The notes under the pieces were generated by a model. It did no database searches. It worked only from the letters and a program-made list of their open reading frames with translations, and had not been told where the DNA came from. This document shows positions 9,120 through 17,534 of a DNA stretch of 64,000 nucleotides, piece by piece. Source of the stretch: Fidelibacterota bacterium (lineage in GTDB: Bacteria > Fidelibacterota > Marinisomatia > SCGC-AAA003-L08 > GCA-2689995); the NCBI GenBank assembly GCA_014381925.1, contig JACNKR010000048.1, forward strand, positions 313 to 64,312, given 5' to 3'. The position numbers were made by a program, and so were the translations under genes. How positions within the stretch are numbered: the stretch's first letter is position 1; every line of letters starts with the position of its first letter.

Positions 9120-9724
9120 AAAAAATTGCAATATTTGCTTCGGGGAAGGGCTCCAATTTTGAAGTAATTTATAGTAAAATAAAATTGGGCGAAATTAATG
9201 GTGAAATTGTTTGTTTTATTACTAATAATCCAAATTCATTAGCCTTACAATTTGCAGAAAAAAATAATATTCCTTCAATTATTGTGGATTTAATAAATCA
9301 ATCATATACGAAAGATTTAATAGAATTTTTAAAGTTTCATGTTGTTGAGTTAATTGTTTTGGCTGGATATATAAAATTAATTCCATCAAAAGTAGTTGAA
9401 ATGTATGAAAATAAAATTATTAATATTCACCCTGCTTTACTTCCTGCTTTTGGAGGAAAGGGATGCTATGGAATGAATGTTCATATAAAAGTTTGGGAAA
9501 GTGGTGTAAAATATTCCGGAGTTTCAGTTCATTTTGTAAATAATAATTTTGATGAAGGTAAAATTATTACTCAGCAAATGGTGTCAATTTTACAAAATGA
9601 TACACCGACAGAAATTGCGGAAAAAGTATTAAAAATAGAACATCAGGTTTATCCAGAAGTAATTAAACAAATTTGTAATAATAATCTAAAATGGATTAAT
9701 AATAAACCATGGATATTAAAATGA
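9116..9724 (+). CDS. purN: Phosphoribosylglycinamide formyltransferase
   Basis: FASGKGSNF, LAGY, INIHPALLPAFGG; TTG start overlapping the upstream stop. Confidence 0.95.
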   Translation: MKKIAIFASGKGSNFEVIYSKIKLGEINGEIVCFITNNPNSLALQFAEKNNIPSIIVDLINQSYTKDLIEFLKFHVVELIVLAGYIKLIPSKVVEMYENKIINIHPALLPAFGGKGCYGMNVHIKVWESGVKYSGVSVHFVNNNFDEGKIITQQMVSILQNDTPTEIAEKVLKIEHQVYPEVIKQICNNNLKWINNKPWILK

Positions 9725-9736
9725 CAGGAGTTAATA

Positions 9737-11263
9737 TTGATTAGAACTGCATTAATTAGTGTGTGGGATAAAAGTGGATTAGATGAAATTGTTAATTTTT
9801 TATCTGAAATTAATGTTGAAATAATTTCAACAGGAGGAACTCAAAAATATATTGAATCAATCGGTGTCGATGTTACTCCAATTACTGCAATAACAGGTCA
9901 GAGTGCTGTCATGGATGGAAGAGTTAAGACACTTCATCCAAAGATTTTTGGTGGAATTTTAGCAGATAGAAATAACCCCGATCATTTGAAAGATTTAAAT
10001 GAAATTGGTGGCGTACCAATTGATTTAGTCATTGTAAATTTTTACCCATTTGTAAATGAAGCAGTATCAAAAGGATTGGAATTAAAAAAAGCGATTGAAT
10101 ATATTGATATTGGTGGCCCATCTATGATTCGATCAGCAGCTAAAAACTATCATTCAGTAATACCATTATGTAATAAATCACAGTTTAATGACTTCATTAA
10201 AAGCTATAAAGAAAGTAGTGGTCGTATTCCCTTACATATTCGTCAAAGATGGGCATCGGAGGTTTTTTCAATGACAAATGAATATGAATCATCAATATAT
10301 TCATATTTATCACCCGAAAAAAATGAAATTCCAGAATCAATTTCAATTGTGGTTAACAAGAGTGAATCATTAAGATATGGTGAAAACCCACACCAATTTT
10401 CAGGGTTTTATACTGAGCCACAAAAAGCATTACCATGGGAACAACTTCAAGGGAAACAGCTTTCCTATAATAATTATGCTGATATGGATTCAGCTATGCA
10501 GATAATTAATGAATTTAAAGAAAATGCATGCGTAATTATTAAACATGCAAATCCGTGTGGTTTTGGGTTATCACATACTCCTAAAAGTGCATATTTGAAA
10601 GCAATAAAAACAGACCCAATTAGCTATTTTGGTGGAATTGTTGGCTTTAATCAAAAAGTAGATGGTGAAACGGCGAATGAATTAACAAAATCATTTTTGG
10701 AATGTATTATTGCACCAGAATACTCAAATGAAGCATTAGATATTTTTAAACAAAAAAAGAATTTAAGGATTGTAATTTTAAAAAATAGAGATATAAATAA
10801 ATTTAATATTAAGTCTGTAGCGGGAGGTTATTTATATCAGTCATCGGATTATTTTGACGAAGTGGTGAGTAGTTGTGAAATTGCTACAATTAAAAAACCA
10901 ACAGAATTAGAATTAAAAGCTTTAGATGTGGGGTGGAAATTAGTTCGCTTTGTAAAATCCAATGGAATTGTAATTGCAAATTCAAATCAATTAATTGGTG
11001 TGGGAGCAGGACAGATGTCTCGCATTGATTCAGTTAAAATAGCAATAAGAAAAGCGGGTGATGCAGGTTTAAATTTAGATGGAGCTATTTTGGCTTCAGA
11101 TGCATTTTTCCCATTTTATGATAGTATTGAATTGGCTGTTAAATATGGAATTAGTTCAATTATTCAACCGGGCGGATCTATAAAAGATACAGATGTTATT
11201 AATAAAGCCAATGAATTAGATATATCAATGGTATTAACAGGAAAAAGACATTTTTTTCATTAG
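9737..11263 (+). CDS. purH: Bifunctional AICAR transformylase/IMP cyclohydrolase
   Basis: GRVKTLHP, IDIGGPSMIRSAAKN, LRYGENPHQ, KHANPCG, ASDAFFPF, RHFFH. Confidence 0.97.
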   Translation: MIRTALISVWDKSGLDEIVNFLSEINVEIISTGGTQKYIESIGVDVTPITAITGQSAVMDGRVKTLHPKIFGGILADRNNPDHLKDLNEIGGVPIDLVIVNFYPFVNEAVSKGLELKKAIEYIDIGGPSMIRSAAKNYHSVIPLCNKSQFNDFIKSYKESSGRIPLHIRQRWASEVFSMTNEYESSIYSYLSPEKNEIPESISIVVNKSESLRYGENPHQFSGFYTEPQKALPWEQLQGKQLSYNNYADMDSAMQIINEFKENACVIIKHANPCGFGLSHTPKSAYLKAIKTDPISYFGGIVGFNQKVDGETANELTKSFLECIIAPEYSNEALDIFKQKKNLRIVILKNRDINKFNIKSVAGGYLYQSSDYFDEVVSSCEIATIKKPTELELKALDVGWKLVRFVKSNGIVIANSNQLIGVGAGQMSRIDSVKIAIRKAGDAGLNLDGAILASDAFFPFYDSIELAVKYGISSIIQPGGSIKDTDVINKANELDISMVLTGKRHFFH

Positions 11264-11275
11264 GAGAAATAAAAT

Positions 11276-12292
11276 ATGTTAAATAAAATTTCAAATATGA
11301 TGGCTGGTGGCCATATTGCAATGGATTTAGGGACTGCAAATACATTGATTTGGATTGAATCACAGGGTGTTGTGATTAATGAACCATCTATTGTAGCAAA
11401 AAATACAATAACGAATACAGTTGTTGCTGTAGGAAATGAAGCCTATGCGATGATGGGTAGAACGCCTAATGGGATACAAACTATTCGTCCTTTAAAAGAT
11501 GGAGTTATTGCTGATTTTAATATGACTGACGGAATGATTCAAGGATTTGTGAAAAAAATGAATCTGAGTAGAATCGCACGCCCTCGAATGGTTATATGTA
11601 TTCCATCTGGAGTTACTGATGTTGAACGAAGAGCGGTGAGAGATTCGGCTGAAAGAGCAAACGCAAGTGAAGTTTATTTAATTCAAGAACCAATAGCGGC
11701 CGCCATTGGTGTTGGACTCGACATTAGTCAACCCAAAGGACATATGATTATTGATATTGGCGGTGGAACTACTGAGATAGCAGTAATTTCTTTAAATGAT
11801 ATTGTAGAAAGTGAAGCTATAAGAATTGCAGGTGATGAACAAAATGAAGCAATTGTTACTTGGTTTAGAAATGAACATAAACTAGATATCGGGCTAAGAA
11901 CTGCAGAAAGTATTAAATGTAATGTGGGTTCTGCAATTAGAGAAAAAGGGGTAATGATTAAAGTCAAGGGGCGTGACTTAGTATCTGGAATTCCAAAAAC
12001 CTTAGAAGTGTCGTCTGATGAAATTAGACAAGCATTAGCAGACACAATTTATCAGATAACACAGGCAATTAAAGCTGCACTTCAAAAAACCCCACCTGAG
12101 TTAGCTTCAGATATTATTGATTATGGTATTATTTTGACGGGTGGCGGTTCAAAATTAAAAGGGCTTGATCAGCATATAAGAAATAAAACGGGATTACCTG
12201 TTCATGTGGCTGAGGACCCTCTATTATCGGTAGTAAGAGGTACAGGGAAAGTTCTTGAAGATATTAAGGCGTATAGTGAAGTTCTAATTTAA
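11276..12292 (+). CDS. mreB: Rod shape-determining protein MreB
   Basis: DLGTANT, NEPS, RPLKDGVIADF, DIGGGTTE, LTGGG. Confidence 0.97.
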   Translation: MLNKISNMMAGGHIAMDLGTANTLIWIESQGVVINEPSIVAKNTITNTVVAVGNEAYAMMGRTPNGIQTIRPLKDGVIADFNMTDGMIQGFVKKMNLSRIARPRMVICIPSGVTDVERRAVRDSAERANASEVYLIQEPIAAAIGVGLDISQPKGHMIIDIGGGTTEIAVISLNDIVESEAIRIAGDEQNEAIVTWFRNEHKLDIGLRTAESIKCNVGSAIREKGVMIKVKGRDLVSGIPKTLEVSSDEIRQALADTIYQITQAIKAALQKTPPELASDIIDYGIILTGGGSKLKGLDQHIRNKTGLPVHVAEDPLLSVVRGTGKVLEDIKAYSEVLI

Positions 12293-13068
12293 TGAATTTT
12301 TTTCGTCTCTTTTTTCTGTATAGAGTTCATGTAATTTATATATTTACAACTCTACTTTCAATACTATTGTATTTTTCAAATGACTCTGATAATGTAAAAT
12401 CTGTGCAAGCTGATTTTTCAGATATTATATCTGTAATTCTAGGCCCAAAAAAATGGTATAAAGACATTCTTAATATCAAAGAAAAAAATGAATATTTAAT
12501 GGAATCTGTCGGACAGCTTCGATTATTAAATACAGAATTAATTCATTTAAAACATGAAAATAATGAATTAAGAGAAATGTTATCTTTCAAAAATAAAACC
12601 CCATTGAGTTTAAAAGGGGGGACTGTTGTAAATAGTCAGCTATCAGGCTTTCTACATACCTTAACATTAAATTCAGGTTTAAATGATGGGATAGTGCCAA
12701 ATTTACCTGTTATGGATATCAATGGGTTATTAGGGAAAACAAATACTGTTGGTGATAGAGCGACTTCCGTTCAGTTAATTACGGATAAAAACTTTAGAGT
12801 TTCAATTAGGGTTGGTGAAAAGTGGAATTTAGGATTGTTTATTCCTAGCCATGGTAAATTTGGTTATATAGAAGGGGTCCCTAAAAGTCAAAAAGTAATT
12901 CAAGGGGATACTGTTGTTACATCAGGAATTTCTAATATTTATCCAGGAGATATTCCTGTTGCAAGCGTAATTTCTGTAGAAGTAGATTCGGAACGCCCAT
13001 TTTTGAAAATAATTGTTGAAATAAGTGCAGAAGTCCATAATTCAAATTTTGTATTTATAGTTCAATGA
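12292..13068 (+). CDS. mreC: Rod shape-determining protein MreC
   Basis: TM helix, coiled coil (ENNELREML), GDTVVTSG..IYP; follows mreB. Confidence 0.92.
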   Translation: MNFFRLFFLYRVHVIYIFTTLLSILLYFSNDSDNVKSVQADFSDIISVILGPKKWYKDILNIKEKNEYLMESVGQLRLLNTELIHLKHENNELREMLSFKNKTPLSLKGGTVVNSQLSGFLHTLTLNSGLNDGIVPNLPVMDINGLLGKTNTVGDRATSVQLITDKNFRVSIRVGEKWNLGLFIPSHGKFGYIEGVPKSQKVIQGDTVVTSGISNIYPGDIPVASVISVEVDSERPFLKIIVEISAEVHNSNFVFIVQ

Positions 13069-13550
13069 GTAAAAAAGAATTGAAACTTGCTGGTTTAATT
13101 TGGATAATTATATTATTTATTCAAACTTTCATGCCAGCATTTAGAATTAATCAAATGGTTATTCAACCTGATTTAATATTAGTTTTAGTTGCGTTTGTAG
13201 CTTTAAGGTATGGTGGTGATTTTGCAATTATTTTTGCTTTTTTTAATGGGTTAATTCAGGATTTTTCAACACAAGAATCATTGTTGGGAATTTTAGCTTT
13301 ATCTAAATCAACGACTGCTTATGCCTTTCATTTTGTCCAACATTATAAAACTATTTGGACTCGAAAAATTAAATTATCTAGTATTTTTATCATTTTTATA
13401 TTCCATAATATAATATATTTTTATTTTTATTTAAGTGGCAATTTTTCTCTCTTTTTATCAGGTTTATTTGTAATAATGATTCAAAGTATTATTTCATTTT
13501 TAATTTTTTTAATTATAGAAAGAATCCTTTTCAAATCTAAATTGATATAA
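13065..13550 (+). CDS. mreD: Rod shape-determining protein MreD
   Basis: Multi-TM, PDLILV, GLIQD; lies between mreC and mrdA. Confidence 0.88.
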   Translation: MSKKELKLAGLIWIIILFIQTFMPAFRINQMVIQPDLILVLVAFVALRYGGDFAIIFAFFNGLIQDFSTQESLLGILALSKSTTAYAFHFVQHYKTIWTRKIKLSSIFIIFIFHNIIYFYFYLSGNFSLFLSGLFVIMIQSIISFLIFLIIERILFKSKLI

Positions 13551-15302
13551 ATGCCTCGTAATTTTGAATCAATACCAAATAGTCGTAAATATGGATTAAT
13601 TTTTCTATGCTTTGGTCTATATATTATTTTATATCTCCAATATTTTAATTTGCAAGTAAGAAATTATTCAAAATATAAAGGACAAAGTGATAATAATAGT
13701 ATTCGAAAAATACCTCTTCCTGCTCCACGAGGAATTATTTATGACAGAAACGGTATTCCAATTGTTGATAATATGCCAACTTATGAAGTTAAGGTAATTC
13801 CCGTAGATGTAAATGAAAAATTTAATTATTTTATTTTATCCAATGAATTAAATATTCCACAAAGTGAGTTAATTTCAAAAATAGAAAATGCAAATAAATA
13901 TTCATCCAAATATTTACCATTATTGCTTAAAAGGCATCTCGATTTTGAAGTTATTTCAAGGCTTTCTGAAAATCGTCTTGAATTACCTGGGATTTTATTT
14001 ACCGAATTACCTGCACGGACTTACCCAAGTGATGCAAAGTTAACGCATGTTATTGGTTATTTAAGGACTGTTTCAGAAGGATTTTTAAAAAATGCTTCTG
14101 AAGAATTAAACTATAATCGAGATGATGTTCACGGTTTTGCTGGGTTAGAATTATTTTATGAACCTGACTTAAGGGGAGTTGATGGTTATGAATACCATTT
14201 AGTTGACAATAAAGGGATTGACCATGGGATTCTTTTAGATGAAAATAGATTTTCACCAAAGAAAGGTAAAACGTTGGTTTTAACCATTGATCATGGTTTA
14301 CAGGTGTTAGTTGAGAATTTGTTAGATAGCTTAAAAGGTTCAATTATTTGTAGTAATCCGAAGACTGGTGAGATTTTTGCAATGGCAAGTGCACCTGATT
14401 ATAATTTAGATTCTTTTGTTGGGCCAATACCAAATGATTTATGGTCGAATTGGAATACAGATAAAAATCGTCCATTATTTAATAGAGCAATTAACGGCTT
14501 ATACCCACCAGGGTCAACATTAAAATTGGCTGCCGCTGCGATGTTGCTTGAAACAAACAAAGTATCACCAAATTGGTCAGTAAATTGCAATGGAGTATAT
14601 AACTTTGGTAATCGAAAATACCATTGTTGGAAAAAAACAGGTCATGGAAATGTTAATTTAAAACATGCCATTAAGTATTCGTGTAATATATATTTTTATC
14701 AATTAATTCAGCATTTTAATTTGAAAACATGGGTAGCATATATGAATGATTTTGGTTATGGGTTTAAAACAGGAATTGATGTAGAATTTGAATCATCGGG
14801 ATTAATACCTAATAAAACATATTTAGATGAAAAATATACTTCAAGAGGATGGGCTAGAGGTAATTTATTAAGTTTTGTATTGGGGCAAGGAGATGTATTA
14901 TCTACTCCATTACAGGTTTTGAAAATGGTTAATTTAATTGCCACTAACGGAATGGCTGGTAAATTAAATTTAGTAAAAAGTGATGATATTGAGATTGATA
15001 CACTTAACTATTCAAATAAAACATGGACTTTTATTAACGATGCGATGTGGACTGTTGTTAATGGACTAAAAGGGACGGGAGAAAAAGCAAAACCAAATAA
15101 AGGTGTAGCACGAGGTAAAACAGGAACAGCTGAAAACCCTCACGGAGAGCCACATTCATGGTTTGCTGGTTATACAACTTTAAAAAATGGAAAACAGTTA
15201 AGTGTTGCAATCATAATTGAAAATGGTGGAAAAGGGTCGCAGGTTGCCGCTCCTATGGCAAAAAAAATATTTAATAATTTTGCAGGAGTAAAAGTTGATT
15301 AA
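13551..15302 (+). CDS. mrdA: Penicillin-binding protein 2
   Basis: APRGIIYDRNG, YPPGSTLK (SxxK), SCN (SxN), GKTGTAE. Confidence 0.95.
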   Translation: MPRNFESIPNSRKYGLIFLCFGLYIILYLQYFNLQVRNYSKYKGQSDNNSIRKIPLPAPRGIIYDRNGIPIVDNMPTYEVKVIPVDVNEKFNYFILSNELNIPQSELISKIENANKYSSKYLPLLLKRHLDFEVISRLSENRLELPGILFTELPARTYPSDAKLTHVIGYLRTVSEGFLKNASEELNYNRDDVHGFAGLELFYEPDLRGVDGYEYHLVDNKGIDHGILLDENRFSPKKGKTLVLTIDHGLQVLVENLLDSLKGSIICSNPKTGEIFAMASAPDYNLDSFVGPIPNDLWSNWNTDKNRPLFNRAINGLYPPGSTLKLAAAAMLLETNKVSPNWSVNCNGVYNFGNRKYHCWKKTGHGNVNLKHAIKYSCNIYFYQLIQHFNLKTWVAYMNDFGYGFKTGIDVEFESSGLIPNKTYLDEKYTSRGWARGNLLSFVLGQGDVLSTPLQVLKMVNLIATNGMAGKLNLVKSDDIEIDTLNYSNKTWTFINDAMWTVVNGLKGTGEKAKPNKGVARGKTGTAENPHGEPHSWFAGYTTLKNGKQLSVAIIIENGGKGSQVAAPMAKKIFNNFAGVKVD

Positions 15303-16533
15303 AGAGTTTTTTAAGCGATATACTATTTTTCCTGCAAATTATAAAATAACTGTGGGAATTATTTTCCCGATTTTATTATTAATCATTATTAGTCTTATGA
15401 TTTTATTTGCTGCAAACCCTAATAGTTTTCAATTAAATTCTTTTTTTGGGAAGCAGTCCGTTTGGTTTGGGGTGTCAATTGTTGCTTTTTTAATTGTACA
15501 GTCAATTAAACCCCATTTTTTTTATGAAAATGCTTATATATTATATGGGTTTTTAATATTAGCAATAATTTCAACTTATTTATTTGAATCAGTGGGTGGT
15601 TCTTCTCGTTGGATTAAATTAGGTGCAATACAATTTCAACCTTCAGAAATTGGTAAAATGATTGTTGTTTTTGCTTTAGCTAAATTTTTAACGGATTTAC
15701 GAAATTTAAGTTCGGTGTATAAGACTATTACACTCTCATTTATTCTAACAGGAATCCCTGCTTTACTTGTATTTAAACAACCCGATTTAGGTACTGCGTT
15801 AGTTTATATTTTCGCTACAATTCCAATGTTAATTTGGAGAGGATATAAGCTATCAAATTTGTTTGTTGTGTTTGGACCATTTATAAGTATCATTGCAGCA
15901 TCAAATATTATATTTTTTTCAATTTGGATGGGTTTTGTAGTTTTTGTTCTTTATTATACTCGACCAAAATTAATTAATGCTATTGGTGTGTTTATCTCAA
16001 ATATTATATTTGGAACAATAACAACATTGATTTGGAATAGTTTATATCCCCATCAAAAAAATAGAATACTTATTTTTTTAGATCCTACAAAAGATCCAAT
16101 GGGGGCAGGATATCAAATTATACAATCAAAAACAGCAATTGGCTCTGGAGGCTTATTTGGAGTTGGATTAGGTAATGGAACACAGACTCAATTACGATTT
16201 TTACCCGTAAGGAATTCTGATTTTATAATATCAGTTATTGGCGAAGAGTTTGGACTACTTGGTATTTCTGCAATATTAATTTGTTTTGGTATAATTATTT
16301 ATTGGATGATAAATTATGCTCAAATTACAAGAAATCAATTTGGAAGCTTATCTATAATTGGCTTTTCCTCAATTATATTTTTTCATACCTTGGTAAATAT
16401 GGGTATGGCTGTCGGGCTTTTCCCAGTAACAGGATTACCATTACCATTTATTAGTTACGGAGGTACATTTTTACTATCGATGTTTCTCATAATTGGAATT
16501 ACTCAAAATTTTATAAATAATAATTTCAGATAA
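15295..16533 (+). CDS. rodA: SEDS glycosyltransferase RodA
   Basis: FQPSE, QPDLGT, GYQIIQS, DFI, GEEFG, LPFISYGG. Confidence 0.95.
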   Translation: MIKEFFKRYTIFPANYKITVGIIFPILLLIIISLMILFAANPNSFQLNSFFGKQSVWFGVSIVAFLIVQSIKPHFFYENAYILYGFLILAIISTYLFESVGGSSRWIKLGAIQFQPSEIGKMIVVFALAKFLTDLRNLSSVYKTITLSFILTGIPALLVFKQPDLGTALVYIFATIPMLIWRGYKLSNLFVVFGPFISIIAASNIIFFSIWMGFVVFVLYYTRPKLINAIGVFISNIIFGTITTLIWNSLYPHQKNRILIFLDPTKDPMGAGYQIIQSKTAIGSGGLFGVGLGNGTQTQLRFLPVRNSDFIISVIGEEFGLLGISAILICFGIIIYWMINYAQITRNQFGSLSIIGFSSIIFFHTLVNMGMAVGLFPVTGLPLPFISYGGTFLLSMFLIIGITQNFINNNFR

Positions 16534-16704
16534 TTTTTTTATAAATAATAATTTTCTTAATTATTGAGTAACTCCTCAATTATTTATTAAATTACACCCT
16601 TCAAATTATATGAAAATTAAAACAATTTGGCCAAATAGAAATTCATTTAATTGGCCAATCTCACTTTTCTATCATCAGCTAATATTTAAATTGGGGATAA
16701 TGCT

Positions 16705-17529
16705 ATGAGTCATAAAATCTATTTTTTATCTACAGAAGTTGCACCTTTTGCGTCAGCATATTCACTTGGTGCGTTCTCACGAAAAATGTCTTCAATTTAT
16801 CATGAAGACCCAGATATTGATATTCGATTGCTTATGCCTAAATATGGATTTATTAGTGAACGGAAGTATATATTAAGGGAAGTTATTCGTTTAAAAGATA
16901 TTAAAGCCACTTATGGTGGAGAAGAAAATCTTGTAAATATTAAATCTGCATTTATTCCAAATACAAGAGTGCAAGTTTATTTTATGATTGAAAATGATTT
17001 ATTTAAACCATTACAGGAATTAATTTATAAATCTAGAAATGGAAGACCTTTTAAAGATAATGATGAAAAGTTTTCGTATTTTAGTTATATAGCAATTCGC
17101 ACATTAAAAAATCTATATTGGAAACCTGACTTTATTTTTTGTAATGATTGGCAGACTGCAATGGTGCCAAAAATGCTAAAAGATCTTTTTTTAGACGATG
17201 AATTTTATGAAGGAATGCAGACTGTTTATTTTATCCATTCTATTAATGAAATGCGATCATATACAAAATCATCCTTAGAAGCATCTGGTCTTAAAATTGA
17301 AAGCAAAAATGTTGATGGAACAATTTCAGCGATTAAACATTCAGCATTGACTATTTTAATGGATGATGACAAAGGGACAATTAGAAAAGAAATGGATAAA
17401 AATAAAGATATTGCTGATGCTTTTGATTCTACAAACAATTTAATTTTTAATGTTGCTAAGTATCCAAAACCGGGTGTCTGGGATGACCTTACAAGTAAAA
17501 TTAAATCTGAACTACAAAAACTTTCTTAA
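16705..17529 (+). CDS. Glycogen/starch synthase N-terminal-domain-only protein (Bacteroidota-type truncated GlgA)
   Basis: EVAPF, RLLMPKYG, EVIRL, WKPDFIFCNDWQTA, TVYFIH; only 274 aa, with no C-terminal GT-B half. Confidence 0.8.
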   Translation: MSHKIYFLSTEVAPFASAYSLGAFSRKMSSIYHEDPDIDIRLLMPKYGFISERKYILREVIRLKDIKATYGGEENLVNIKSAFIPNTRVQVYFMIENDLFKPLQELIYKSRNGRPFKDNDEKFSYFSYIAIRTLKNLYWKPDFIFCNDWQTAMVPKMLKDLFLDDEFYEGMQTVYFIHSINEMRSYTKSSLEASGLKIESKNVDGTISAIKHSALTILMDDDKGTIRKEMDKNKDIADAFDSTNNLIFNVAKYPKPGVWDDLTSKIKSELQKLS

Positions 17530-17534
17530 GGTAA

